This document shows, in pieces, positions 17,081 through 27,020 of a stretch of DNA of 37,402 nt. A program made the translations under genes and the position numbers. The notes beneath the pieces were generated by a model. The model was given only the letters and a program-made list of their open reading frames with translations. It was not told the origin of the DNA and made no database searches. Source of the DNA: a virus (taxonomy: Duplodnaviria > Caudoviricetes). The stretch is taken from the IMG/VR virus record IMGVR_UViG_3300032189_000003, positions 1-37,402 of that record; one strand, given 5' to 3'. The stretch's first letter is position 1. Each line of letters begins with the position of its first letter.

Positions 17081-18483
17081 TGGGCGACAAAAAGAAACCC
17101 GGGCGGTTCAAGTCCGCCTTGCTCGATTGGCTCGGAGTGCCTATCGGATTGACCGACGGCGCTTTCTGGCAGGAGTGGTTCGGAACCTCGGCGAGCGGAA
17201 AGAACGTGACCGTCGATAAGGCCTTGCAGCTCTCGACGGTATGGGCGTGCGTGCGGCTTCTCTCGGAGTCGGTGTCCACGCTGCCGCTGAAACTCTACCG
17301 GCGCCTTCCGGACGGCTCCCGCGAGCAGGCCAAGGATCATCCGCTGTTCAGGCTGCTTTGCCGTACGCCGAATGCCGAGATGACCCCGCAGCGCTTCATG
17401 CTGATGGTGGTGGCGAGCATCTGCCTGCGTGGAAACGCCTTCGTCGAGAAGAAGATGATCGGCACTCGCGTTGTTGCGCTTGTCCCGTTGCTGCCTCAGT
17501 ACATGCGGGTGAAGCGCGAAGACAGCGGTCGCCTGAAGTACACCTACACCGAGAACGGTGTGGAGCGCGTCATTCCAGAGAATAACCTGATGCACATCCG
17601 TGGCTTCGGCCTGGATGGCGTCTGCGGCATGCTCCCGGTGACCATGGGCCGCGAAATCTTCGGTTCGGCGATGTCTGCCGAGGAGGCCGCCGCCAAGGTG
17701 TTCGCCCAGGGCATGCAGGCTTCCGGGATTCTCAGCGGTGATACGACTCTCACCCCGAAGCAGCGAGAAGATCTTCGGGCCAGCCTGACCGCCTTCATGG
17801 GATCGCAGAACGCCGGAAAGATCATGGTTGCCGAGGCCGGCCTGAAGTACCAGGGGATCACGATGAACCCCGAAGCTGCGCAGATGCTGGAGTCGCGGTC
17901 GTTCAACGTCGAGGAGATGTGTCGTTGGTTCCGCGTCCCGCCGTTCATGGTGGGGCACATGGACAAGCAGTCCAGCTGGGCCAGCTCTGTGGAGGCGCAG
18001 AACCTCCACTTCCTGACCAATAGCCTCCGGCCGCTGCTGGTGAACATCGAGCAGGAGATCACGCGCTGCCTGATCGGCGAGGCCGATGCGGATGAGTTCT
18101 TCGCCGAGTTCGCAGTTGAGGGGCTGCTGCGCGCCGACAGCACCGCCCGTGCGGCTTGGTACAACACTGCGCTGCAGAACGGCTGGATGAGCCGTAACGA
18201 GGTCCGTCGCCTGGAAAACCTGCCACCAATCGAAGGCGGGGATGTCTTCACCGTGCAGTCCGCGCTGGTTCCGCTGGAGCAGTTGGGAGCCACTGCGGGT
18301 GGTGTGTCGCCCGCAGCGACGGCCTACATGCTTCGCCTGGTCGCGGCCAATGAGAGCGGCGACAAGGCCGCCATGCGCCAGGCTATCGACCTCGCTGTCG
18401 AGGCACTGGAAACCGGCAACCCGGCTGGTCCGATGATGGCGCACGCGCTGATTTCACTTCCTCGCTTGAACCAGGCCGCCTGA
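17080..18483 (+). CDS. HK97-family portal protein
   Basis: ALQLSTVWACVRLLSESVSTLPL...RWFRVPP...NEVRRLENLPPIEGGD. Confidence 0.95.
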   Translation: MGDKKKPGRFKSALLDWLGVPIGLTDGAFWQEWFGTSASGKNVTVDKALQLSTVWACVRLLSESVSTLPLKLYRRLPDGSREQAKDHPLFRLLCRTPNAEMTPQRFMLMVVASICLRGNAFVEKKMIGTRVVALVPLLPQYMRVKREDSGRLKYTYTENGVERVIPENNLMHIRGFGLDGVCGMLPVTMGREIFGSAMSAEEAAAKVFAQGMQASGILSGDTTLTPKQREDLRASLTAFMGSQNAGKIMVAEAGLKYQGITMNPEAAQMLESRSFNVEEMCRWFRVPPFMVGHMDKQSSWASSVEAQNLHFLTNSLRPLLVNIEQEITRCLIGEADADEFFAEFAVEGLLRADSTARAAWYNTALQNGWMSRNEVRRLENLPPIEGGDVFTVQSALVPLEQLGATAGGVSPAATAYMLRLVAANESGDKAAMRQAIDLAVEALETGNPAGPMMAHALISLPRLNQAA

Positions 18484-18499
18484 GCCGACTGGAGAGACC

Positions 18500-19372
18500 A
18501 TGACTATCAAATCGCTTCCGACGGCGCCGGCGGCTCGACCGCGCGCGGACGTTTCCTGCGACCTGATGCCCAAGGCGCTGGAGCGCTGGAACCCCGCCAT
18601 TCGCGCTGCGGTGGAGGAAGAGAACAGCATCAGCATCTTCGACCCGATCGGGTACGACTGGTGGACTGGCGAGGGCGTCACGGCCAAGCGCATCAGCGCC
18701 GCGTTGCGAGCCATGAAGGATGCCGACGTGGTGGTGAACATCAACAGCCCTGGCGGAGATGTCTTCGAGGGGCTGGCGATCTACAACCTGCTGCGCGAGC
18801 ACAAGGGCAAGGTCACCGTACGCGTGCTCGGCCTGGCAGCTTCAGCGGCGTCGTTCATTGCCATGGCGGCCGATGAGGTGAAGATCGCCCGCGCCGGCTT
18901 CCTGATGATCCACAACGCCTGGACGATCGCCGCGGGTGACCGCAACGAGTTCAAGGAGGTGGCCAGCTTCCTGGAGCAGATCGACGGAACCCTGGCCGAC
19001 ATCTACTCGGTGCGCACCGGCGACCCGGTCGAGGACATGCAGGCGCTGATGGATGTCGAGACCTGGATGGGCGGATCGGATGCCATTGAGCGTGGATTCG
19101 CTGACAGCCTGCTGGAGTCAGACGCCACCAAGGACGACGCCAAGGCGCTGGCGGCACCGATGATCGCCGCCCGCCGACTCGACCAGATCCTGGCGAAGCA
19201 GGGCATTCCGCGCTCTGAGCGCCGCTCGCTGATTCAAGAACTCAAGACCGGTACGCCTCGCGCTACCGGCCCCGGTAAGCCCTGCGCTGCCGATACCACG
19301 GCCGATCTGGCCGCCCCCATCGCCGAGCTTCAAGCCGCCCTGGCGCGGTTCTCGGCAGCAGCTTCCAAGTAA
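18500..19372 (+). CDS. ClpP-like prohead protease
   Basis: INSPGGDVFEG, LAASAASFIAMA, LMIHNAW, ETWM...GFAD. Confidence 0.93.
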   Translation: MTIKSLPTAPAARPRADVSCDLMPKALERWNPAIRAAVEEENSISIFDPIGYDWWTGEGVTAKRISAALRAMKDADVVVNINSPGGDVFEGLAIYNLLREHKGKVTVRVLGLAASAASFIAMAADEVKIARAGFLMIHNAWTIAAGDRNEFKEVASFLEQIDGTLADIYSVRTGDPVEDMQALMDVETWMGGSDAIERGFADSLLESDATKDDAKALAAPMIAARRLDQILAKQGIPRSERRSLIQELKTGTPRATGPGKPCAADTTADLAAPIAELQAALARFSAAASK

Positions 19373-19385
19373 CCGGAGAGAGAAA

Positions 19386-20597
19386 ATGTCCGAAAATACC
19401 GCTGACCTGCTCAAGCAGGTATCCGCTGAGCTGGAGAAGGCCTCCAGCGACTTCAGCAAGAAAGCCGAGGCCGCCCTGGACGAAGCCAAGAAGGCCGGCA
19501 GCCTGTCCAGCGAAACCAAGGCCGCCGTCGACGAACTGGCGACCAAGTTCAACAGCCTGACCGAGGCCGAGAAGCAGCTGAAGGCCAAGCTCGGCGAGTT
19601 GGAGCAGGAGTTCGCCCGCTCGCCCACCAATGGCGCGCCCGCCGCCCGCGATACCGTCGGCGGCATCGTGATCAAGAGCGAGGCGCTGAAGCAGTTCGCC
19701 GCGAGCGTGGAGGGCGGAAAGCGCGTCAGCATTCCCGTTCAGAACGCTCTGATCAGCACCGACATCCCCACCGGCGTGGTTGAGCCGCAGCGCCTTCCTG
19801 GCATCGACGTGATGCCGAAGCAGCGCCTGTTCATTCGCGACCTGATCGCTCCGGGGCGCACCACTTCGCCGGCGATCTTCTGGGTTCAACAGACCGGCTT
19901 CACCAACGCCGCCGCAGTCGTGCCGGAAAACACCGCGAAGCCGTACAGCAGCATCACGTTCGGCACCAAGATCACCCCGGTGACCACCATCGCGCACATG
20001 TTCAAGGCGTCCAAGCAGATCCTGGATGACTTCGCTCAACTGCAGTCGACCGTGGACACCGAGATGCGCTTCGGCCTGAAGTACGTCGAAGAGCAGGAGA
20101 TCCTGTTCGGCGATGGCACCGGCGCGCACCTCGACGGCATCGTGCCGCAAGCCTCTGCGTTCAGCGCCGCCTTCGCGGTCGAGCAGCAGAACGGTATCGA
20201 TGACCTGCGCCTGGCGATGCTGCAGGCCCAGCTGGCGCGCCTGCCGGCATCCGGCCACGTTCTGCACTTCATCGACTGGGCGAAGATCGAGCTGACCAAG
20301 GACACCCTGGGCCGCTACATCCTCGCGAACCCGCTGGGCCTGGCCGGCCCGCTGCTGTGGGGCCTGCCGGTGGTTGCCACTGAAATCGCCGCGTTCCAGG
20401 GCAAGTTCCTGACTGGTGCGTTCCAGACCGGCGCGCAGATCTTCGATCGCGAAGACGCCAACGTGGTGATCTCCACCGAGAACGCCGACGACTTCGAGAA
20501 GAACATGATCTCGATCCGTTGCGAAGAGCGCCTGGCGCTGGCCGTGAAGCGCCCCGAGGCGTTCATCTACGGCACCTTCACCCCGCCGGCTCCGTAA
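19386..20597 (+). CDS. HK97-fold major capsid protein
   Basis: Coiled-coil delta domain, IRDLI, EILFGDGTG, LWGLPVV, EERLALAVKRPEAF. Confidence 0.95.
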   Translation: MSENTADLLKQVSAELEKASSDFSKKAEAALDEAKKAGSLSSETKAAVDELATKFNSLTEAEKQLKAKLGELEQEFARSPTNGAPAARDTVGGIVIKSEALKQFAASVEGGKRVSIPVQNALISTDIPTGVVEPQRLPGIDVMPKQRLFIRDLIAPGRTTSPAIFWVQQTGFTNAAAVVPENTAKPYSSITFGTKITPVTTIAHMFKASKQILDDFAQLQSTVDTEMRFGLKYVEEQEILFGDGTGAHLDGIVPQASAFSAAFAVEQQNGIDDLRLAMLQAQLARLPASGHVLHFIDWAKIELTKDTLGRYILANPLGLAGPLLWGLPVVATEIAAFQGKFLTGAFQTGAQIFDREDANVVISTENADDFEKNMISIRCEERLALAVKRPEAFIYGTFTPPAP

Positions 20598-20643
20598 CCA
20601 CTAGCCGGGCCGCCTCCCATGGCGGCCCTTTGGAGGCATAACG

Positions 20644-20832
20644 ATGGAACTGAAAGCACTACGCCCCATCCTGGTGGACGGGGTGGGAACCGTGGTCGAA
20701 GGTGCGACCTTCGATACCAACGACCAGCACGCCCGGCAACTGATCGGCAAGGGCTATGCCGTTGAGCCTGGTGAGGAAGGTGCCGGCGAGCCCCCGCAGC
20801 AGCGCCGTCGCAACTCCAGCAAGAAGGAGTAA
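20644..20832 (+). CDS. Small virion-associated protein
   Basis: GGAGG RBS; after capsid gene. Confidence 0.7.
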   Translation: MELKALRPILVDGVGTVVEGATFDTNDQHARQLIGKGYAVEPGEEGAGEPPQQRRRNSSKKE

Positions 20833-20835
20833 CCC

Positions 20836-21015
20836 ATGGACCTCCGAGCAATCCAGCCCATCTATCGAGGTGGCCGCTTGGTCCAACCGGGCGAGCCGTT
20901 CGAGACCACCGCCGAAGACGGCAAGGCGCTGATCCAAGAAGGCAAGGCGCGCGAACCGGTCGCCCGGAAGGCGGCCGCCAAACAGGTGAAGGCCGACCAG
21001 CAGGCCGAGAAGTAG
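20836..21015 (+). CDS. Small virion-associated protein (59 aa), paralog of preceding gene
   Basis: Below ORF-track cutoff; MDLRAIQPIYRGGRLVQPGEPFETTAEDGKALIQEGKAREP...; AAGGAG RBS. Confidence 0.7.
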   Translation: MDLRAIQPIYRGGRLVQPGEPFETTAEDGKALIQEGKAREPVARKAAAKQVKADQQAEK

Positions 21016-21025
21016 GAGCCATCCC

Positions 21026-21358
21026 ATGCCAGTTCCAACGACAGTTCCGGACCTGGATGCCCTGAAGCGGCACCTGCGCATCAGGCACACCCAGGACGAC
21101 CAGGACCTGGAGGAAAAGCTGGCGGCGGCGATCGACCAGGCGGCACAGTTCCTCAACCGGCCGATCCCCTGGCCGGTTGATCCTGCTGCTGACCCTATCG
21201 TCCAGGCTCCGGTACCGGCCAGCGTGCGCGCTGCCATCCTCATCCAGGCGGCGGAGCTGTACGCCAACCGCGAATCCTCGGTGGTGGGCACCATCTACAC
21301 GGTGATTGCCACCGCCCGGAACCTGCTCAACCCCTACCGGGTCGGGATGGGGGTCTGA
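21026..21358 (+). CDS. Head-tail connector (HK97 gp6-like)
   Basis: LKRHLRI...AAILIQAAELYANRE...LLNPYR. Confidence 0.9.
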   Translation: MPVPTTVPDLDALKRHLRIRHTQDDQDLEEKLAAAIDQAAQFLNRPIPWPVDPAADPIVQAPVPASVRAAILIQAAELYANRESSVVGTIYTVIATARNLLNPYRVGMGV

Positions 21359-21910
21359 ATGCGCAGCGGAAACCTCGACACGCCCGCCGACCTTCTGATG
21401 CTGTCTGCTGACCTCTTGCCGTTCAGGCTCGACTGGATCTGGTGCGGCATCCAGACCAAGGAGACCGCGGAGCCGCCGTTCCCGTCCGGCCTGCGCAGTC
21501 CGGCGAAGATCGCAATCAGGGCCTGGTGGGATGCGCGCATCCAGCAGGGACGCTACCTGTCCGCCGATGGCCGCCTGTTCCACATCGACAGTGCCCGCGA
21601 CTTCACCGGCCGCCGGGCCGAGCTGGCGATCACCGCGACCGAGCTGATCGGCGAGCAGGGAGAATACCGTCCCGATGGGGCGCCGCCGCGCGCCTGCCGG
21701 GTGTTTCTGAACTACGATGCGCCCTGGCTGGACGAGAACGGCCAGGCGACGGCCTACAGGATCCGCGCCGAGGTTGCGCTGATCGAGACGGGGAGGGTGC
21801 AGGTGGGCGATCTGCTTGAGGTGGATCGAGTGCGCTACTACGTCGTCGACTACGCCGACGGCACCGACGACGGCATTGTTCGCGGGATCTGGCTGGAGCG
21901 TGTGCAATGA
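21359..21910 (+). CDS. Head closure protein, apparently two domains
   Basis: MRSGNL...GRLFHIDS...ELAITATE gp16-like half plus a second similar half. Confidence 0.7.
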   Translation: MRSGNLDTPADLLMLSADLLPFRLDWIWCGIQTKETAEPPFPSGLRSPAKIAIRAWWDARIQQGRYLSADGRLFHIDSARDFTGRRAELAITATELIGEQGEYRPDGAPPRACRVFLNYDAPWLDENGQATAYRIRAEVALIETGRVQVGDLLEVDRVRYYVVDYADGTDDGIVRGIWLERVQ

Positions 21911-22500
21911 GGGCACCGATCAGGCTGGTCGGCGTCGAGCAGGCGCAAGCGCGCCTCCTGGAAGCCGGCCGGCGCGTTGATCCAGTGATGCGCGGCGCGC
22001 TGAATACCACGGCGACGCAGACGAGGAAGCAGCGCTACAACGAGCCGATGCGGCCTGCGTTCACCAGCGCCTTCACCAACCGGCGGATCGTGATCAAGCG
22101 CGCGAGGGCGGGCCGGATGAACGCGAGGCTTATTCCGTCGTCGTCTGGCGTCAGCGTCACGGCATACCGGCGCTGGATCTTCGAGCCTATCAACTCGACG
22201 CGGGCGAGGATTTATGTCGTCGGCCCGAACGGTCGGAAAGTTGCCGCAGGCTTCGTCAACCCATCGGGGCGTCTGCAGCGGCCGTTGTCTACCCGCAGTC
22301 AGCGGGCCAGGACGGCGCGGGGCCGTTCGCCCAATGTCACCAGCTACAGCTATCGGCACGCCCTGCAGGAAGCACAAGGCCCGTCGGTGGCGTACTGGTT
22401 CAGGCTGTTGACTACTGCGAAGACCATCCGCTGGACCAATGCGTTTCTGCGCCAAGAGTTCGAGCGGCGCATCCGCCGCGAGCTCGAAAAGGCCGTCTGA
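21907..22500 (+). CDS. Tail completion / minor tail protein (lambda Z-like)
   Basis: Basic, RGALNTTA motif, synteny. Confidence 0.65.
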   Translation: MRAPIRLVGVEQAQARLLEAGRRVDPVMRGALNTTATQTRKQRYNEPMRPAFTSAFTNRRIVIKRARAGRMNARLIPSSSGVSVTAYRRWIFEPINSTRARIYVVGPNGRKVAAGFVNPSGRLQRPLSTRSQRARTARGRSPNVTSYSYRHALQEAQGPSVAYWFRLLTTAKTIRWTNAFLRQEFERRIRRELEKAV

Positions 22501-22512
22501 GGAAAACCAACC

Positions 22513-22950
22513 ATGCGAACGAAAGCGAGCCAGGTCACACGCGACCTGCGGGCCCGCCTGGGCGAGATTCGCCCGGTAAACGGCTACTTGACGGACCTGC
22601 GGGCAGTTTACGGGCCGACAGATCGAGTGCCCGACAAAGCCAGCGGGCCTTACGCCCTTGTGCGAGTCGCGAGCGACGCGCGAACCGGAACGGCGGTACG
22701 CCAAGCGACCAGGCTCCGCACGTTCGAAGTCGAGGTTGTATTCCCGCGATCGGCGGAGGAACACGAACTCGATGACGTCCACGTCGACATTCTGCGCGCC
22801 CTTGGCTTCGGAGAAGACCAGCCGGAGCGCAAGTTCCCTGGGCTTGTGGAGGATATCGACGAGGCGGTGGCGCAGTTTGCCGAGGCTGGTCGCAACTTCC
22901 ACACCCTGACCGCAACCATCGGCGTGATCTACGTCGAAACCTACAACTGA
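22513..22950 (+). CDS. Tail terminator protein
   Basis: LGEIRPVNGYLTDL motif, size and position. Confidence 0.7.
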   Translation: MRTKASQVTRDLRARLGEIRPVNGYLTDLRAVYGPTDRVPDKASGPYALVRVASDARTGTAVRQATRLRTFEVEVVFPRSAEEHELDDVHVDILRALGFGEDQPERKFPGLVEDIDEAVAQFAEAGRNFHTLTATIGVIYVETYN

Positions 22951-22973
22951 TCGGCCAGGCCGAGGAGAAAACG

Positions 22974-23759
22974 ATGCTCTACACCCAACTGTTCCGCGGC
23001 CCGACGTCGGTCGCACCGTATCCGTCGTCTGTGTACGAGGAGCTGTTCAAGCTGCAAACGACCAGCGCCGAGCCGGAGTCGACCGAGATCACCATCCCCG
23101 ACCCGACGCGCCTCGGCCTACCTGAACTCGACGGCGTAACGTCCATCACGGCGATCAACATCACCGGCGAGGCCGTCAACTTTTCCCCGCGCGCCGCCGC
23201 GGTGATCCTCTACGGCTCTGTTGAGCGTGTGCCATCGGGGACCGTCTCCGAAGAGGTGCATGACGCCTATGTCGATCGCATCATCCGCCTGGCGCACATT
23301 CCCCTTGAGGTCAGCAGCGTCACCGGAGCCGGCGGCACGCCGACCTATGTGCGCGGCGTTGACTACGCCGTCACCCCCGGCGGCATCCGTCCTCTGCCGG
23401 GCGGCACGCTGGCCGACGCGATCAATGCCACCGCTGCTCCGCCGGATGGTGGGTTGAAGCGTTTGCCGATCGAGGTCAGCTACACCTACCCGACTGTCGA
23501 CCTGGTGAAGCCGTTCACCACCGGCCGCAAGTTCTACCGGGTGATGTTCGAGCAGACCAACGAAGCTGGCGACGGTGAGAAGCGTCGGATCAACTGCTTC
23601 TACGCGCGGATCAGCCTGAACGGCGGCCTGCCGCTGAACCAGGGCGCCGAGTTCGGTGTGATCCCTGTGCAGATCCGCCTTCTGGCCGACCCGAACATCT
23701 ACGACGTCGGCGAGGCTGCGATCTGGACCTGGGAAGTCCAGAACACCGATGCGGCTTGA
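22974..23759 (+). CDS. Major tail tube protein
   Basis: Strong RBS, size, position before chaperones, followed by terminator. Confidence 0.8.
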   Translation: MLYTQLFRGPTSVAPYPSSVYEELFKLQTTSAEPESTEITIPDPTRLGLPELDGVTSITAINITGEAVNFSPRAAAVILYGSVERVPSGTVSEEVHDAYVDRIIRLAHIPLEVSSVTGAGGTPTYVRGVDYAVTPGGIRPLPGGTLADAINATAAPPDGGLKRLPIEVSYTYPTVDLVKPFTTGRKFYRVMFEQTNEAGDGEKRRINCFYARISLNGGLPLNQGAEFGVIPVQIRLLADPNIYDVGEAAIWTWEVQNTDAA

Positions 23760-23776
23760 TGGCCGTAGATCAACCT

Positions 23777-23801
23777 GGCCCGCCCTGATGGCGGGCCTTT
23801 T
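23777..23801 (+). terminator. Rho-independent terminator
   Basis: GGCCCGCC-CTGAT-GGCGGGCC-TTTT. Confidence 0.75.
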
Positions 23802-23815
23802 CATTTGGGTGGCCC

Positions 23816-24181
23816 ATGTCTGACCTTGGAATCCTGTTTCCCGAACCTGAAACCATCTACGTCAACGGCGCGCCGGTGATCGTGCGGCACGTCCGCCTCG
23901 CCGACTTCGAGTTGTTCGGGGATATCGCCAGTGACCTGCTCAAGGTGCTGAGCGACGGCACCGTTCCCGCCATCCTGCAGTTCGGCAAGACCGGCTCGGC
24001 CAAGCTGCGGAAGATCCTGCGCAGGACCACGAACCTCAGCCGCTGGCGCGTGTATCGCCTGCCTGTCGACGTAGCGATGCAGATCGTCATGCAGGTGATT
24101 CGGGTCAACGCCGCTTTTTTCGCCCGCGCCCAGCAAGCGGCAGTGACGACGCTGGCAACGCTGGTTGGGCAGCAGCAGTAA
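23816..24181 (+). CDS. Tail assembly chaperone (G-like)
   Basis: Between tail tube and tape measure; slippery T TTT TTC at 24115-24121. Confidence 0.8.
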   Translation: MSDLGILFPEPETIYVNGAPVIVRHVRLADFELFGDIASDLLKVLSDGTVPAILQFGKTGSAKLRKILRRTTNLSRWRVYRLPVDVAMQIVMQVIRVNAAFFARAQQAAVTTLATLVGQQQ

Positions 24182-24375
24182 CCAGCCTGGTTCGCGCGGG
24201 CTTCAGTCTCGATGAGGTTTCGCGCATGACGCTTCAACAGATCGAGGTGTTCATCGAGCAGGTTGGCGCCCAGGTCAAGCAGGACCGGCGCGATCACCTG
24301 CTGCTTCGCCGCGCAGCACGCGAACCCCTGAAGGGGTTTAAACAGTTCCTGCAGGAGTTCGACCATGGCCGGTAG
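24115..24375 (+). CDS. -1 frameshift extension of tail chaperone (GT-like)
   Basis: -1 frame open: FRPRPASG...WAAAVTSLVRAGFSLDEVSRMTLQQIEVF...EFDHGR, stop 24373-24375. Confidence 0.7.
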   Translation, partial: FFRPRPASGSDDAGNAGWAAAVTSLVRAGFSLDEVSRMTLQQIEVFIEQVGAQVKQDRRDHLLLRRAAREPLKGFKQFLQEFDHGR

Positions 24376-26506
24376 AGTGACCACGCAACTGATCGTCGAG
24401 GGGGTAAACCGCACCCGGCAGATGTTCAACGAGGTGAATCGCGACCTCAACGTGACGAATAAGGCGTTGGCCGCAAGCGGCAAGTTGCTCGCAGGCTATC
24501 TCACGTTCAGCGCGCTCGCCGCCGGGGTGAAGGCGGTAGCGAACACCGCCGACGCCTACCAGGCAATGAACGCCCGCCTGCGGCTGGCGACCGGATCTCA
24601 GGAAGAGTTCAACACCGCCCTCGAGGAGTTGCAGCGCATCGCCTACAACACCGGCCAGCCAGTTGAGGCGCTGGTTACGCTGTACGGGCGGATCAGTCGC
24701 CCCCTCAAGGAAGCGGGCCGCACCCAGCAGGATATCCTCAAGGTCACCGAGGCCGTGTCGGCGTCGTTCCGCGTGTCGGGCGCCTCTGCGGTCGAGGCTG
24801 AGAACGGGGTGGTCCAGTTCGGCCAGGCGCTGGGTGCTGGCGCGCTGCGCGGGGACGAGTTCAACAGCGTGGCCGAACAGGCGCCACGCCTGATGCAGGC
24901 TCTGGCTGATGGCATCGGTGTGCCGACCTCGGCACTTAAGGCGCTGGCAGCGGAGGGCAAGCTGACGGCGGCAGTGGTCACCGACGCGCTGATCGGACAG
25001 TTGCCCAAGCTGCAGAGCGAACTCGCCTCGTTCGGTGACTCCGTCTCGAAGGAATGGACGGCGATCGAAGACACCATCCGCCGCGGCGTCGGCCAGGCGG
25101 ACACCGGCCCGCTGATCGAGTCTCTGAAGGAACTGAAGGAGGTGCTGGCCGACCCGACGATCCAGGGCAACCTGACCACGCTGGCCAGCGCCCTGGTGCG
25201 CCTGGCTGCCGCAGCGGCTCAAGGTGGCTCGCTGTTCTCCGGCTTTGGTGAAGATCTGGGCTACCTGGCTGCGCGGGTGACCGGAAACGTCACCGAGCTC
25301 GACAGGGTGAACAAGGAGATCCAGAAGCTGCAGGCCGCCGAAGACGGCTTCGGCATGGTCGACTTGTTCATGTCCGACGCGCAGATCAGCGAGCGGCTGA
25401 CAGCGTTCAAGAAGTACCGCGAGCAGTTGCTGGAAGAACAGACCGGCATGACGGCAGAGGCGCGCAAGGCGGCCGAGGAAGCCGCCGCCCAGGTCAAGGC
25501 GGTCGATGACGCACGGCATCAAGCTGCGCTCTCGTCTGAGCGTGCGTACTCCGAAGCGCTGCGCCAAGTGCGTGACGGCCGGCTGAAGGCGGTGCAGGAC
25601 TCCCTCAAGAAGCAGGAGGCGGCCGAGAAAGGCGCGCTGGCAGCGGTTGAGAAAGTTCGGAAGGACCGACTGGCTATCGAGAAGCGCTACAGCGAAGCGA
25701 TTGCCGGGCTACAAGCCGGCGTCGGCGGTGACCCGAGCTATGCCTCGGCCCAGACCCTCAAGCAGTCCGCAGCCCAGGCGCTGCGCAAGGGCGACGCCGA
25801 GACGGCGCAGGCGCAGGCGCAGAAGGCGCTCGAAATGCTCCAGCAACTGCAGGCGGCCGGAGAGAACACATACGGGTTCACCGGCTTCGCTAAGGAGCTC
25901 CAGGCCATTGAGCTCGCTGCGAACGATCTGCAGCAGTCGCAGGCGGACGCGAAGCTCGACAGCATCCGTGCGCGGATCGCGGAGCTGTCCGATGCAGCGA
26001 CCGCGCTCCAGGGTATCGAGATCTCGTTCAACCTACCGCCGGAGGAGATCGAGGCGATCAAGGCACAGTTGCAAGCGCTGTCTGAAACACCTGTCCTGAT
26101 CCCTGTTCAACTGGTGCCCACCGGCGAAATGTCCGCCGTGAGCGGCACCACGCCACCGGTCAGTTTCCCCGGCTACGCGACCGGCACCAACAGCGCCGCG
26201 CCGGGCATTGCATGGGTCGGCGAGCGAGGTCCGGAACTGGTTGCGTTCGGTGGCGCGGAGAAGGTGTTCCCGAACAGCGTGTCGGCACTTGCCAGCCGCC
26301 TGGCTGGGATGCGCGGGCCCGATGGGCTCTCGCCGGCCGCCGCCGAGGTCGCGACGTCGGCGGCGAGCTCAGGGCAACTCCCCAACCTGGGGCGAATCGA
26401 TCTGTCGTTCGGCGGCTCGACTGTCTCGGTCTTCGGGGATCAGCGATCTGTAAACGACATTCTGCGGCTGCAGGCGCTCAAGCGAGGCCGCACCGCACGT
26501 CCGTAG
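24365..26506 (+). CDS. Tape measure protein (713 aa)
   Basis: Tape_meas N-terminal motif QFGQALGAGALRGDEFNSVAEQAPRL; Ala-rich helical; VGERGPE. Confidence 0.93.
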   Translation: MAGRVTTQLIVEGVNRTRQMFNEVNRDLNVTNKALAASGKLLAGYLTFSALAAGVKAVANTADAYQAMNARLRLATGSQEEFNTALEELQRIAYNTGQPVEALVTLYGRISRPLKEAGRTQQDILKVTEAVSASFRVSGASAVEAENGVVQFGQALGAGALRGDEFNSVAEQAPRLMQALADGIGVPTSALKALAAEGKLTAAVVTDALIGQLPKLQSELASFGDSVSKEWTAIEDTIRRGVGQADTGPLIESLKELKEVLADPTIQGNLTTLASALVRLAAAAAQGGSLFSGFGEDLGYLAARVTGNVTELDRVNKEIQKLQAAEDGFGMVDLFMSDAQISERLTAFKKYREQLLEEQTGMTAEARKAAEEAAAQVKAVDDARHQAALSSERAYSEALRQVRDGRLKAVQDSLKKQEAAEKGALAAVEKVRKDRLAIEKRYSEAIAGLQAGVGGDPSYASAQTLKQSAAQALRKGDAETAQAQAQKALEMLQQLQAAGENTYGFTGFAKELQAIELAANDLQQSQADAKLDSIRARIAELSDAATALQGIEISFNLPPEEIEAIKAQLQALSETPVLIPVQLVPTGEMSAVSGTTPPVSFPGYATGTNSAAPGIAWVGERGPELVAFGGAEKVFPNSVSALASRLAGMRGPDGLSPAAAEVATSAASSGQLPNLGRIDLSFGGSTVSVFGDQRSVNDILRLQALKRGRTARP

Positions 26507-26515
26507 GAGAACGGC

Positions 26516-27019
26516 ATGGATTACCCGGTTATTACGCTCGGCGGAGTCCCCATCCCGCCAGAAGCCGGCGCGCCGGATCAGTCGATGGAGCCTTTGTTCG
26601 GTGCGACGGTCGTCAGGATGAGCGACGGTGCTGGCGTGAAGCTGACACACTGGGACGGCAAGCTCTCCGGTACGTTGACCGGTTCGGGCCTGGTGCCGGT
26701 CGGGCTCGACGCGCTCGACTACCGATCATCGCTGGAGATGCAAGCGATCCAGCCGATCAGCATCGCCCAGGACTCTCCGACGTTCACGCTGCCCAAGGCG
26801 CCGCGCACGGACAAGGAGCCGTGGGCGCTGGCGCTGGTTGAGGGGCGCTGGGTACCGACGCCATGCGTGCGCGCAGGCCTGGTCGTGACCGTTACAGAGC
26901 GTCCGGCAGCGACGCTCTACATGGTCCAGTTCATGCCTCGCTTCAACGTGTTCGCGGACCCGCCGTCGACGTCGATGAACGCCGCGCACGGATGGACCCT
27001 GAACTGGCAGGAGGTTTGA
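26516..27019 (+). CDS. Distal tail-like protein
   Basis: Position after tape measure, size. Confidence 0.65.
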   Translation: MDYPVITLGGVPIPPEAGAPDQSMEPLFGATVVRMSDGAGVKLTHWDGKLSGTLTGSGLVPVGLDALDYRSSLEMQAIQPISIAQDSPTFTLPKAPRTDKEPWALALVEGRWVPTPCVRAGLVVTVTERPAATLYMVQFMPRFNVFADPPSTSMNAAHGWTLNWQEV

Positions 27020-27020
27020 C

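Noticed and set aside
15512-23016. Long antisense ORFs (452, 508, 334, 449, 388 aa)
   Set aside because: Shadows of high-GC3 structural genes on the opposite strand; no RBS or recognisable motifs.
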